Shown here piece by piece: positions 42,509 through 51,991 of a stretch of DNA of 64,000 bases. A program made the position numbers and the translations under genes. Position 1 is the stretch's first letter. The number at the start of each line of letters is the position of its first letter. The notes under the pieces are model-generated. The model did not search any database. It was not told the origin of the DNA and saw only the letters and a list, made by a program, of their open reading frames with translations. The stretch is taken from positions 1 through 64,000 of the forward strand of contig NZ_MWQY01000011.1 in NCBI RefSeq assembly GCF_002087085.1. Reading direction: 5' to 3'.

Positions 42509-42871
42509 ATGGATTCTTCTACCCTCATCAGCCTGGCCGGCATCTGTGCCGTCGCCTTTTTGTCGATCTATTCTCAGGTTTATCTTTCCCGGCGTAAAAA
42601 GCGTCTTGCCGATAAAATTGCCGCAGGTCCCAAGGTCATCGATGTCCGCAATCCCAAGGAGTACCGGCAGGACCGTTACCCCGGAGCGATTAATATTCCC
42701 GTTCAGAAGCTCTACATGGAACCGACGAAAGCGGGACCGAAGGATGTCCCGATTCTGGTTTATTGCCAGAACGGCAGCCGGGCCCGCCGGGCCAGGCGCA
42801 TCCTCAAAGCCTATGGCTATAAGGATGTAACCAACGCCGGAGGGCTGGAAAAACTGAAAGCCCTGAGCTGA
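42509..42871 (+). CDS. Membrane-anchored rhodanese-like protein
   Basis: N-terminal TM, IDVRNPKEY, GAINIP, YCQNGSRA. Confidence 0.85.
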   Translation: MDSSTLISLAGICAVAFLSIYSQVYLSRRKKRLADKIAAGPKVIDVRNPKEYRQDRYPGAINIPVQKLYMEPTKAGPKDVPILVYCQNGSRARRARRILKAYGYKDVTNAGGLEKLKALS

Positions 42872-42888
42872 CAGCCGTTTTTAAAAGC

Positions 42889-42947
42889 TTGACATCTCGT
42901 ATGCATACTCCCATACTGAATACGTATCCAAATAAATAGTACGTACT
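42889..42947 (+). promoter_or_regulatory. Sigma70 promoter overlaid by three related palindromes
   Basis: TTGACA (42889)-17 bp-CATACT (42912); GTATGCATAC (42899-42908), ATACGTAT (42920-42927), AGTACGTACT (42938-42947). Confidence 0.6.
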
Positions 42948-42978
42948 CAAGGGGCAATCTTGTCCCGGGAGGTCAGAT

Positions 42979-43443
42979 GTGTCAAAACGTGTAACCCTGA
43001 GCATTCCCGACGCCCTCTACCGTAAACTCGAAGAATGGCGGGACAGTTTTAACCTGAGCCGTGTTTTCCAGGATGCCCTGGCGGAAATGATCCGCCGTAA
43101 GGAGTCCCTTATGGAACGGTTTCATGATGATCTTCCCCAGATTATAGCCCGTCTGAGGCAGGAAAAACGGGAGGCGGAGGGGAGCTGGGAAAAGCTGGGC
43201 CATGACCGGGGACTCCTGTGGGCCCGGAGCGCTCACTGGCTGGATCTGAAAAAGACCCTCTCCTGCGACGCTCATACCCTCCTTGGAGACACCTCTCCCT
43301 TTTCGGACGCCTTCCGGAAATCCCTGGAAGAAGAAACTGCCGGAATTGACAAAGAAGACAGGGCAGACTTTACCGGCACGTTTGCGGCAGGCTGGCTCTC
43401 CGGAGTCAGAGAGTTCTGGACCATGGTGGAGGACAAGCTGTGA
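42979..43443 (+). CDS. Ribbon-helix-helix (CcdA/CopG-like N-terminus) putative regulator
   Basis: KRVTLSIPDALYRKLEEW...NLSRVFQDAL RHH pattern; GTGA overlap with the next gene. Confidence 0.65.
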   Translation: MSKRVTLSIPDALYRKLEEWRDSFNLSRVFQDALAEMIRRKESLMERFHDDLPQIIARLRQEKREAEGSWEKLGHDRGLLWARSAHWLDLKKTLSCDAHTLLGDTSPFSDAFRKSLEEETAGIDKEDRADFTGTFAAGWLSGVREFWTMVEDKL

Positions 43444-46400
43444 AAAAGAGTCCTCGCCTGGTCGGTCTGGATATAGGTTCTGTTTCCGTTTCCCTGGTGA
43501 GCTTGAACAGTCAGGGCGAGCTGCTGGGTCGGGATACTGCCCTTCACGGCGGACATGTGGAAGAAACGATCAGTCGGCTGCTTGATGGATGCGGGAAGGA
43601 CCCCGGAATCTCCATTGCCGCCACCGGTTCAGTCCCCTCCGGATTTGTCTGTGCCGGGAAAATCAACTCCCAGGTAGCCCTGATCCGGGGTGTCCGGGAA
43701 AAGTATCCCGAGGTACGGGGAATCCTCCATGTCGGGGGGGAGCGCTTCGGACTTCTCAGCTTTGACGCCTCCGGTGAATACCGCAGGGCTCGGAAGAACT
43801 CAGGGTGTGCCGCCGGTACGGGAAGCTTTCTCGATCAACAGGCAGAACGCCTGGGACTTTCCGGCAGCGCTGAACTCGCGGCCATTGCCGACACCAACAC
43901 AGGAGAGATCCCCCCCATTGCGACCCGCTGCGCTGTTTTTGCCAAAACCGATCTGATCCACGCCCAGCAGGAGGGCTGGAGTCTTGCCTCCATCTGTGAC
44001 GGACTCTGCAGGGGCCTTGCCCGCAACATTGTGGATTCTCTTTTTACCGAGTTCCCGGATTACCCGATCCTGATGTGCGGCGGGGTTGCTCTGAACGGAG
44101 CCGTGCGCCGTCATCTGCAGGAAATTCTCAAAGTCCCGGTTACCGCGGAAGCGGAAAATGCCCTCTACTATGCCGCCGAAGGCGCTGCCCTGGAACTGCT
44201 GGATACAGTATTGGAGCCCGTGCTCTCCCTGAATGTTCCCGGGGATAGAATGATCGGCTGCGCAAAGGGCGAAAAAAATGCCGCCTCCGTATATCCGCCC
44301 CTGAGCCTGAATCTCAGCAATTATCCGGATTTCCGTGGCCTTGAATCCTACCGCTTTGTGCCGCCTGCAAAGGCAGGAACCGGGGATGTGGAGGTGGATA
44401 TCTATCAGGTTTTACGGGAAAACACGGATGTCTACATCGGAATCGATGTGGGGTCCACGAGTACCAAGGCTGTTTTGATGGATCCGTCCCGCAGGGTTCT
44501 TGCCGGCTTCTACACCCGGACCTCAGGCCGTCCGGTCCGTGCCCTGCAGGGTATCCTCGCCGCGGTGGAGGATGTCTCCCGGAGAACTGGCTGCGGCTTT
44601 CAGGTGATCGGCTGCGGAACCACCGGCTCGGGACGCAAGCTGGCGGGAGCTGTCCTGGGGGCGGATACAGTGCTGGACGAGATAAGCGCCCACGCCCGTG
44701 CCGCCGTGGAGATCGATCCGGAGGTGGATACGATCATCGAAATCGGCGGACAGGACGCCAAGTTTACCACCCTGAAAAACGGTCAGGTTACCAGTTCCAT
44801 CATGAACAATGTCTGCGCAGCGGGAACCGGGAGTTTTCTCGAGGAACAGGCCCGGAAACTTGGGACCAGGGTGGAGGAATACGCGGCATGTACCGAGGGT
44901 GTCGCAGCGCCCCTTTCGTCCGACCGCTGTACCGTCTTCATGCAGCGGGACCTGAATCATCTGCTCTGCGACGGCTGGAAACGGGAGGAGGTTCTTGCGG
45001 CGGCCCTGCATGCGGTACGGGAGAACTACCTGCAGAAGGTGGCCGTCGAGAGCCGCATGGGAGAAAAAATCTTTTTCCAGGGTGCCACCGCCAAAATAAA
45101 AACCCTGGTGGCGGCCTTTGAACAGAAGCTTGGCAAGGCCATCCTCGTCTCTCCCTGGTGTCATTTGACAGGGGCCCTGGGGGCAGCGCTGGAGCTGTCT
45201 GACCGGCGGGTCGTCTCCGATTCCTTCAGAGGCCTGGCTCTCTGGAGAGAGGAGATTCCCGTGCGAAGCGAGGTCTGCGATCTTTGTACGAACCACTGCA
45301 AGCTCACCGTCGCTGAAGTTGCGGGAACAAGCGTGGCCTACGGCTTTCTCTGCGGCAGGGACTACGGTACAGGTCATTATGTTCGTGGGAGCGGCAGTAC
45401 CTTCAATCTGCTGGGGGCGGAGAAAAAAGCTGAAGGCCCTGATCCCGAATCCTCTGTACCCGAAGCATCCTTTTCAGTGGGACTGCCTTCAGCATTATAC
45501 CTGAGGGAGGACCTGCTCTTCTGGAAGACCTTTTTCGCGGAACTCGGGATTCCCGTCGTTTCCGGGGAGGGTATTCAGGACGGAGTAGCCGAAGGCCGCC
45601 GCCATACCGGAGCGGAATTCTGCGCTCCCCTGACGGAGCTTCACGGCCAGGTACATCGGCTTGCGGACTCGGCGGATTATGTTTTTCTACCCGTCTACAT
45701 GGAAACGACGAAGGAGAAAAAGGACCAGCGAAAATTCTGTTACTACAGTCAATTCGCGCCGGCCATCCTGGCGAACCATTTCCCGGAAGGAAAACTGATC
45801 AGTCCCGTTGTGCAGGCCAACTCCTTTCCCTTCAAGGCTCAGGGGGAGCTGTATAACGCTCTTAAGGGGCTTCCGGGAAAGTACTCCTTTCTGTCCATTA
45901 CTCGGGCAATAGAGAAAGCAGCAGCCGCTAAAAACCGGCGCAGAGAGGCCCTTGAAGAGCAGTTCGAAAAAGAGCGGAACAGGGCAGGGGATTCGGATGT
46001 TCAGGTTGTTCTTCTTGGCCGGCCCTATACGGTTCTCTCGCCGTTCATGAACAAGGGAATACCGGAGATCTTCGCCAAACTCGGGGTGACAGCTTTTTAT
46101 CAGGATATGCTTCCTTCGGACCCGGAAGCCTCCGGAAACCTGAGGACACTCCTGGAACAGGTCCACTGGCATTATGCCTCCGGGATTCTCGAAGCCGCCG
46201 AGACTGTTGCCCGAACTCCCGGACTCTACCCTGTTTTTGTCAGCTCCTTCAAATGTTCCCCCGATTCGTACCTGCGGAGCTATTTCCGGCAGATCATGGA
46301 TGCCCGGGATAAACCCTATCTTATTCTGGAGCTGGACGAGCACGGTTCCAGCGTCGGGTATGAGACCAGGATCGAGGCGGCCCTGCGTTCCTTTGGCAAT

Positions 46401-47675
46401 CATCGTAACATGGAGAAGGGCGGCGGGACGAAGGTGGACTACTCAGGCCTGCTTCCCGACCTGACTGCGGACCTCCGGAATAAAACAGTGCTGCTGCCGA
46501 ACTGGGACCCTCTGACGATTCCTCTGATCGCGGCGAACCTGAAACGGGAAGGTGTTGACGCACGGGTCCTGAGTGAGTCGGCCGATTCCATCCGAAGGGG
46601 TCTGCGCCACAACGACGGTCAGTGCATTCCCATGAATGCCGTCGCGGAGGAGGCCATGGATTATGTGCGCAGGAACGGACTCGATCCGGCGAACACCGTT
46701 CTCTGGATGATGAAGTCCGATCTTGCCTGCAATATCGCCCTCTATCCCCACCACATCCGGTATATCTTCAGGAATTACGGCGGCGGTATGGAAAAACTGG
46801 GGGTCTTTACCGGAGACATTACCTTCGGAGAGGTATCCATTACCGCCGCGGTGAACACTTACTTCGCTTTTCTGTTCGGGGGACTCCTTCGGAGAATCGG
46901 ATGCCGCCTCAGGCCCTACGAGATGAATCCGGGGGAAACCGACAGGGTAATTGCCCGGGGCATCGAAAATCTCGAGGAAGCTTTTCTGGGGCGGAAAAGA
47001 AAAGAGGATGCCGTCAGGGAAATAATTGAAAAGGTGGAAGCAATTCCGGTGACTGACGCCGAGCGCCCCAAGGTCGCGATCTTCGGGGATATATACGTCA
47101 GGGACAATGATGTATTCAACAACAACCTTATACGCTTCATTGAGAATCACGGGGGGGAGGTAATCACCACACCGTACAGCCAGTATGCCAAGATGATTTC
47201 CGATGCCTATTTCAAGCGCTGGTTCGCGGAATATCGTTTTCCGACCCTCCTGGCCTACAAGACACTGCTGGCTGCCGTTGAGCTTCTGGAACGCAGCTAT
47301 CAGAAGCTCTTTGACCGGGTGTTGCCCCTGTCCCATGAGCGCTATGACGAGCCTGCTGAAGAGATCCTTGAACGTTTCGGCATGAAAATAGAGCACACCG
47401 GTGAATCCATGGATAATATCCTGAAAGTCTGGTATATCAAGCGTCACTATCCGGAAGTCTCCCTTTTTGTACAGACCAGCCCCGGTTTCTGCTGCGCAGG
47501 GCTTGTTACCGAGTCCATGACCCGCAGGATTGAAGAGGTAACCGGAGTCCCCGTGGTCAGCCTTACCTACGACGGTACCGGTGCGGATCCCAATGAAATA
47601 CTGGTTCCGTACCTGCGCTTTCCCCTTTCAACGGAGAAGAAGCTGAAGAGCGACATGGAACTGCAGACCGGCTGA
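43440..47675 (+). CDS. Fused double acyl-CoA dehydratase activase plus reduction/dehydration domains (PlsA/PlsR-like)
   Basis: Two BadF/BadG ATPase domains (GLDIGS...CAAGTGSFLDQQA...RCAVF; GIDVGSTSTK...GGQDAK...CAAGTGSFLEEQA...RCTVF), CDLCTNHC, then two Cys-bearing DUF2229/HgdAB-like regions. Confidence 0.85.
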   Translation: MKKSPRLVGLDIGSVSVSLVSLNSQGELLGRDTALHGGHVEETISRLLDGCGKDPGISIAATGSVPSGFVCAGKINSQVALIRGVREKYPEVRGILHVGGERFGLLSFDASGEYRRARKNSGCAAGTGSFLDQQAERLGLSGSAELAAIADTNTGEIPPIATRCAVFAKTDLIHAQQEGWSLASICDGLCRGLARNIVDSLFTEFPDYPILMCGGVALNGAVRRHLQEILKVPVTAEAENALYYAAEGAALELLDTVLEPVLSLNVPGDRMIGCAKGEKNAASVYPPLSLNLSNYPDFRGLESYRFVPPAKAGTGDVEVDIYQVLRENTDVYIGIDVGSTSTKAVLMDPSRRVLAGFYTRTSGRPVRALQGILAAVEDVSRRTGCGFQVIGCGTTGSGRKLAGAVLGADTVLDEISAHARAAVEIDPEVDTIIEIGGQDAKFTTLKNGQVTSSIMNNVCAAGTGSFLEEQARKLGTRVEEYAACTEGVAAPLSSDRCTVFMQRDLNHLLCDGWKREEVLAAALHAVRENYLQKVAVESRMGEKIFFQGATAKIKTLVAAFEQKLGKAILVSPWCHLTGALGAALELSDRRVVSDSFRGLALWREEIPVRSEVCDLCTNHCKLTVAEVAGTSVAYGFLCGRDYGTGHYVRGSGSTFNLLGAEKKAEGPDPESSVPEASFSVGLPSALYLREDLLFWKTFFAELGIPVVSGEGIQDGVAEGRRHTGAEFCAPLTELHGQVHRLADSADYVFLPVYMETTKEKKDQRKFCYYSQFAPAILANHFPEGKLISPVVQANSFPFKAQGELYNALKGLPGKYSFLSITRAIEKAAAAKNRRREALEEQFEKERNRAGDSDVQVVLLGRPYTVLSPFMNKGIPEIFAKLGVTAFYQDMLPSDPEASGNLRTLLEQVHWHYASGILEAAETVARTPGLYPVFVSSFKCSPDSYLRSYFRQIMDARDKPYLILELDEHGSSVGYETRIEAALRSFGNHRNMEKGGGTKVDYSGLLPDLTADLRNKTVLLPNWDPLTIPLIAANLKREGVDARVLSESADSIRRGLRHNDGQCIPMNAVAEEAMDYVRRNGLDPANTVLWMMKSDLACNIALYPHHIRYIFRNYGGGMEKLGVFTGDITFGEVSITAAVNTYFAFLFGGLLRRIGCRLRPYEMNPGETDRVIARGIENLEEAFLGRKRKEDAVREIIEKVEAIPVTDAERPKVAIFGDIYVRDNDVFNNNLIRFIENHGGEVITTPYSQYAKMISDAYFKRWFAEYRFPTLLAYKTLLAAVELLERSYQKLFDRVLPLSHERYDEPAEEILERFGMKIEHTGESMDNILKVWYIKRHYPEVSLFVQTSPGFCCAGLVTESMTRRIEEVTGVPVVSLTYDGTGADPNEILVPYLRFPLSTEKKLKSDMELQTG

Positions 47676-47703
47676 ACCCTGTCCCGGCCTGCGTGTCTGT
47701 ACC

Positions 47704-47852
47704 TGGAAGAATAATAGAAGGCGGCTGGCGAATAAGCCGCGCAGTGACGTCGGTTTTCGTAATATTTCCGTCCATGAATACGAATCCGGCGACTGGAACC
47801 TCACGAGTCGATACGTACCAACATACTCACCGATTTTTATCGTTATAATTAG
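47704..47852 (+). pseudogene. Decayed DUF86/HepT-like HEPN ribonuclease fragment
   Basis: Reads LANKPRSDVGFRNISVHEYESGDWNL (Rx4HxY motif at 47758-47781), then in a shifted frame SIRTNILTDFYRYN*. No start codon. Confidence 0.6.
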
Positions 47853-47967
47853 GCAGTTCCGGATTTCTGACCTCATATAATAAAAGTAATGGAATTATTT
47901 GACCTGTGGCCTCTGCCGGGATATAATGAAAACGATATATTACCACAAAATGAAATAGGCGGTTTCG

Positions 47968-48882
47968 GTGGGGAATCAATTACTGCCCTGCATTCTGTGC
48001 ATTTCCATAGCTCTTCAACTGGCATCTACTGTATACGCATTGGTCCTGATAAAAACATCCGGTTTTTTCAAACCCTGGCTGCTGATTGCATCTGCAATTG
48101 CCCTGATGTCTGTCCGGCGGATAGTCAGCTTGATCCAGATGCTCAAAAGCGGTGTTTTCCCTCCGGAAGCCCTGGAGCCGGAACTGATTGCCCTGATTAT
48201 CACCGTGTTGATGCTTTCTGGTCTGCTTTTGTTCGGACCCGCTTTTGAAATCATTAAAAGGCAGCGTGAACAGGAGGTACAGGAAAAGAACTATCTCCTT
48301 CGGGAGTCCCATCATCGGATCAAGAACGATTTGCAGATTCTTAAAAGCCTGATCAATCTACAAATGAACAGCTCCCTATCCGGCGATTCTGCGAAGCTTT
48401 TAAGGGAGATCGATCTCAGGATCAGCTCGTTTCTGCTGCTTCATGAATATATGTACCGGGATGGTGTTTTCGGTATCTCCTTTCGTGATTACATCAGAAG
48501 GCTTGCTGATTCCATACATGCAGCCTTTGATGATGGCAGGGTTGCGCTGAGTTTGAATATTTCCGATACCGGGGTGGAACGAAAAAACCTTCTCTACTGC
48601 GGGATAATTCTCAACGAAGCCCTTACCAACGCCTATAAATATGCCTTCGGGCAGACGGAATCTCCCAGGATAATCGTTTCCGACCGGGTGGAAAACGGAC
48701 GTCATTATCTTACCATTACAGACAACGGTTGCGGTTTTGAAACGCCGGGAGCAAGCAGCGAATCTTCCTATGGGCTTTCCCTGATCCAGGGGATAGCCGG
48801 AAGTGAAGGTTGGGATTTCCGCATAGATGGCAGCGACGGCACCACCGTGGAGGTATCTTTTCCCGCGGTTGTGGATGTATGA
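47968..48882 (+). CDS. Sensor histidine kinase, HisKA_2 type
   Basis: Three TMs; LRESHHRIKNDLQ, NEALTNAYKYAF, DNGCG, YGLSLI. Confidence 0.87.
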   Translation: MGNQLLPCILCISIALQLASTVYALVLIKTSGFFKPWLLIASAIALMSVRRIVSLIQMLKSGVFPPEALEPELIALIITVLMLSGLLLFGPAFEIIKRQREQEVQEKNYLLRESHHRIKNDLQILKSLINLQMNSSLSGDSAKLLREIDLRISSFLLLHEYMYRDGVFGISFRDYIRRLADSIHAAFDDGRVALSLNISDTGVERKNLLYCGIILNEALTNAYKYAFGQTESPRIIVSDRVENGRHYLTITDNGCGFETPGASSESSYGLSLIQGIAGSEGWDFRIDGSDGTTVEVSFPAVVDV

Positions 48883-48928
48883 GAACAAGAAAAAAAAACA
48901 CCGATGGGAGGATAAGAAAGATAAAAAA

Positions 48929-48953
48929 AATCCCGGCAGAAAATACCGGGATT
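48929..48953 (-). terminator. Intrinsic terminator of the porin-like gene
   Basis: AATCCCGG...CCGGGATT stem with an adjacent A-run on + (U-tract on -). Confidence 0.55.
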
Positions 48954-48972
48954 AATAGTGAATCGTGGCAGT

Positions 48973-49590
48973 CTAAAGTTTCATTCCGCCTTCAATGCCT
49001 ATGCCGTGAATGAAGAGGTCGGTGTCGTCATAATATTCAGTCAATACGCGAGAGAATTTTAATCCCAGGAAAGCACCGTTTTGAAACTCATATCCGGCGC
49101 TAACTGCAAATCCAAAGAGAAGATTATTATCGTAATCATCGTCGCTGCTGCTGGTGTCATTACTGGTGTCAATTTCGATGTCTCCTAACAGATAAAAAAG
49201 ATCGGGACCGCCCATTATATAGAATGATCCTTGATCAAGAGGAAAGAGGCCTTTCAGATAGACAGGGATTTCCAGCATTTTCCAGGTTTCGCGAATCCAG
49301 TCATCACCGTCTCCATATTGCATCGAAGCGAGGGTAAATAGCAGTTCAGGCTGAATGGCAAGTGTGCTTGAGACCTTGTGTTCAATGAATCCACCGATGC
49401 TGAAGCCAAAAGAAAATTCATTATCGACTTCGACACCATACATAAACTCATAATAGTCCTGCACATCTCCCCAGCCGTCTCCGGTCCAGGAATAATCACT
49501 CAAGGCACCCTTTAATCCGAAAGATGTCTGGGCAAGCGCAGGCAAGACAAGCAGAGACAGCATAACCAGAACAACAACAATTTTTTTCAT
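48973..49590 (-). CDS. Outer-membrane beta-barrel (porin-family/PorT-like) protein
   Basis: Signal peptide, FGLKG, AIQPELLF, LEIPV, alternating beta-strand pattern; AT-rich. Confidence 0.72.
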   Translation of the reverse strand: MKKIVVVLVMLSLLVLPALAQTSFGLKGALSDYSWTGDGWGDVQDYYEFMYGVEVDNEFSFGFSIGGFIEHKVSSTLAIQPELLFTLASMQYGDGDDWIRETWKMLEIPVYLKGLFPLDQGSFYIMGGPDLFYLLGDIEIDTSNDTSSSDDDYDNNLLFGFAVSAGYEFQNGAFLGLKFSRVLTEYYDDTDLFIHGIGIEGGMKL

Positions 49591-49888
49591 CACATTCTCC
49601 TAAGATGTTTTTAAAATTAAAGCTTATAAATTTCCTGCTGTCAATTATCATTTTTATCTAAAAGGTATATTTTTGTTCCCAGGCTTTTACGGTTATTATT
49701 TAGTTGGAATCCAAACTAAATATAATGCTTGTTGGAAGGTCCATATCCTAACGAGCCCACGAAGCTCGCAGAGAATGAAGCTTGAAGCGGCGGTATGCAG
49801 ATCTTTTTCATCCTCCGCATCTTTGTTTCCCAATTTTCTCCCTGTATCTATGTGATTTCTGAGGCTCAGTAGCAAAAACCTCCACCTT

Positions 49889-50620
49889 TCAATGGCCTGA
49901 ATCCTGTCCGTTTTCCAGCCCCAGCAGCCGGTGGATGGTCCCTGAAGGATCGCCGCTTATGGAGGTTCGTACTTCTCCTGTAAGTTTGCCCTGCTTCATC
50001 ACACAGACCGTGTCAGCCAGAAATACCGCTTCTGCGATATCATGGGTTATAAAGAGGATCGTGTTCCCCAGCTTTCGCTGGATGTTTTTCAGTTCCCTCT
50101 GAAGTTTTTCCCGGGTTATGGCGTCCAGGGCGGAAAAAGGCTCGTCCATCAGCAGGAAACCTTTCCTCTGACAGAGAGCCCTTGCCAGGCTGATTCTCTG
50201 GGCCATTCCTCCCGACAGCTGCCGGGGGTAACTTCGTTTCCATGCCTCCAGCCGAACCAGTCTCAGGGCCTCATCGATCCGGGCCTCCCTGTCCTGATTG
50301 TCCAGAAAGATATCCTGGGTCCGTTTAAGGGCCAGCAGGAGATTCTCCTCAACGGTTTTCCAGGGAAGAAGGCGGGAGTCCTGAAACACAAGCGCCGGAG
50401 GGCTCTCCGGATTGTCCCGCCGGATTCGTCCGCTATCGGGTTTCAGCAGACCTGCCAGCAGTTTCAAAAGGGTTGTTTTACCGCAGCCGCTGTCTCCCAC
50501 CAGAGCGGTAATCTGTCCTGAAGGGATTATAAGGCTGATGCCGTCCACGGCTTTGACAGGTCCTTTGCTGTGCAGGAATGTCTTGCTCAGGTTTTCTATA
50601 TCGATGCGGGGGGCTACCAT
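49889..50620 (-). CDS. ABC transporter ATP-binding protein (NitT/TauT/SsuB family)
   Basis: GDSGCGKT, FQDSRLLPW, LSGGMAQR, MDEPFSALD, ITHD. Confidence 0.9.
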   Translation of the reverse strand: MVAPRIDIENLSKTFLHSKGPVKAVDGISLIIPSGQITALVGDSGCGKTTLLKLLAGLLKPDSGRIRRDNPESPPALVFQDSRLLPWKTVEENLLLALKRTQDIFLDNQDREARIDEALRLVRLEAWKRSYPRQLSGGMAQRISLARALCQRKGFLLMDEPFSALDAITREKLQRELKNIQRKLGNTILFITHDIAEAVFLADTVCVMKQGKLTGEVRTSISGDPSGTIHRLLGLENGQDSGH

Positions 50621-51399
50621 GTCCGCCCCTCTTCGAGATTCTGCCATGGTATCCAGCTGTTGAACAGCTTCATCAGGACACGGTCCAGCAGGATACCGCA
50701 GATTCCCAGGGTCAGAATTCCCACGAATACCCGGTCTATCCGTCCCATTTCCTGGGAATCCAGAATCAGGTAGCCGATACCCGAGGCGGCGGCGATCATT
50801 TCCGCTCCCATCAGTGCCCGCCAGCTGTAGCTTATCCCCAGCTGAATACCCGTCAGAATTGAGGGAAGAGCCGAAGGAATCAGCACCGCTGCAAGGTAGT
50901 CCCCCCTGGTCAGTTGCAGCGAGTCGGCCAGTTCCCGCCAGCTTTCATCCACGGTATTCAGGCCGCTCAGTACATTGAGGAATACCGGAAAAAAAGAGGC
51001 CATAACGATGACGGCGGTTTTGGAGGCTTCGCCGATGCCGAACCACAGGATAAGCAGAGGAATCGCCGAGAGAGGTGGTATGGAACGAAGGAATTCCAGG
51101 CTTCCTTTTGTCAGGTTCCTGATCCAGCCCAGAAAATGGATCAGAATGCTCAAGGGCAGAGCGATACCCAGGGTAATGACGAATCCCGTCAAAACCCTCC
51201 TCAGACTGACACCAAGGTGTCGTATCAGCTCCCCCCGGGACAGCAGGGTCCATGCTGCTTCTCCCACCCGGCGGGGGGAGGGGAGCAGGTAGGGATGGAC
51301 CCATTCGTTCCGGGACGCTGTTGTCCAGAGGATGAGTACCAGAAGCGGCAGTACAAGCTTACCGGCCCCCGCGCCAGGCTTAGCTGTGGATATCCGCAT
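50614..51399 (-). CDS. ABC transporter permease (SsuC/TauC family)
   Basis: LLPSP, IPPLSAIPLLILWFGIGE, SWRALMGAEM; probable ATG start at 51399. Confidence 0.88.
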   Translation of the reverse strand: MRISTAKPGAGAGKLVLPLLVLILWTTASRNEWVHPYLLPSPRRVGEAAWTLLSRGELIRHLGVSLRRVLTGFVITLGIALPLSILIHFLGWIRNLTKGSLEFLRSIPPLSAIPLLILWFGIGEASKTAVIVMASFFPVFLNVLSGLNTVDESWRELADSLQLTRGDYLAAVLIPSALPSILTGIQLGISYSWRALMGAEMIAAASGIGYLILDSQEMGRIDRVFVGILTLGICGILLDRVLMKLFNSWIPWQNLEEGRTW

Positions 51400-51991
51400 A
51401 GGCCTGCAGACCGTACCATCCGGCTTTTCCTTCTGGTTCCAGGGAACAGGGAGGAATTGCTTCGCCGGAGAAGAAATCCCCCTCGTGGTTGATGATTGAT
51501 TGGGCTTTTCGCCATTTGAAAGCCATATAGGAGGCGTATTCTTCATCCGTCAGCCGGCGGTTCTGGAAACGGGACACCTGGCTGCGAAATTCATCGTCGA
51601 AATAACCCGGAGCCGGCAGATAGCTTCGGCGATCCTCACCGATCTGGACTTCGAAGTAAAAGCGTCCTATGTATGCGCCCGGGGCTTCCGCAGGACCTGC
51701 CTGGGGATCCACCGTCAGTCTGTGGGGAGCCAGAGTAGGGATGCGGGTGACCATTTCGATGCACTCCAGTATTCCCCTTCCGGGAAAGGCCGTAAGAAGG
51801 GCCATTTCATTCCGCCGCGGGGCGGTCCGGGGACTCATCTCCCGGATCGCCTGTTCGAAGAGCCGGAACGCCACTGCGGTGGCGATGACCTGGGTGGGCC
51901 CGCAGTAAGCGTAGAGCTGATCCCAGCTGATACTGACAGGGTCCCTCTGATCCGTAAGGACCAGAGGTCGGTTCAGGTATCTATTGAACAT
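51380..51991 (-). CDS. Hypothetical protein (FmdE-like), embedded in the ABC operon
   Basis: Overlaps both neighbours; YAYCGP...AVAFR, FPGRGILECIEMVTR. Confidence 0.6.
   Translation of the reverse strand: MFNRYLNRPLVLTDQRDPVSISWDQLYAYCGPTQVIATAVAFRLFEQAIREMSPRTAPRRNEMALLTAFPGRGILECIEMVTRIPTLAPHRLTVDPQAGPAEAPGAYIGRFYFEVQIGEDRRSYLPAPGYFDDEFRSQVSRFQNRRLTDEEYASYMAFKWRKAQSIINHEGDFFSGEAIPPCSLEPEGKAGWYGLQAYADIHS

Noticed and set aside
42979..43443. CcdA-like protein as a type II antitoxin
   Set aside because: There is no toxin gene adjacent, it is about twice CcdA length, and it is coupled to a metabolic enzyme.
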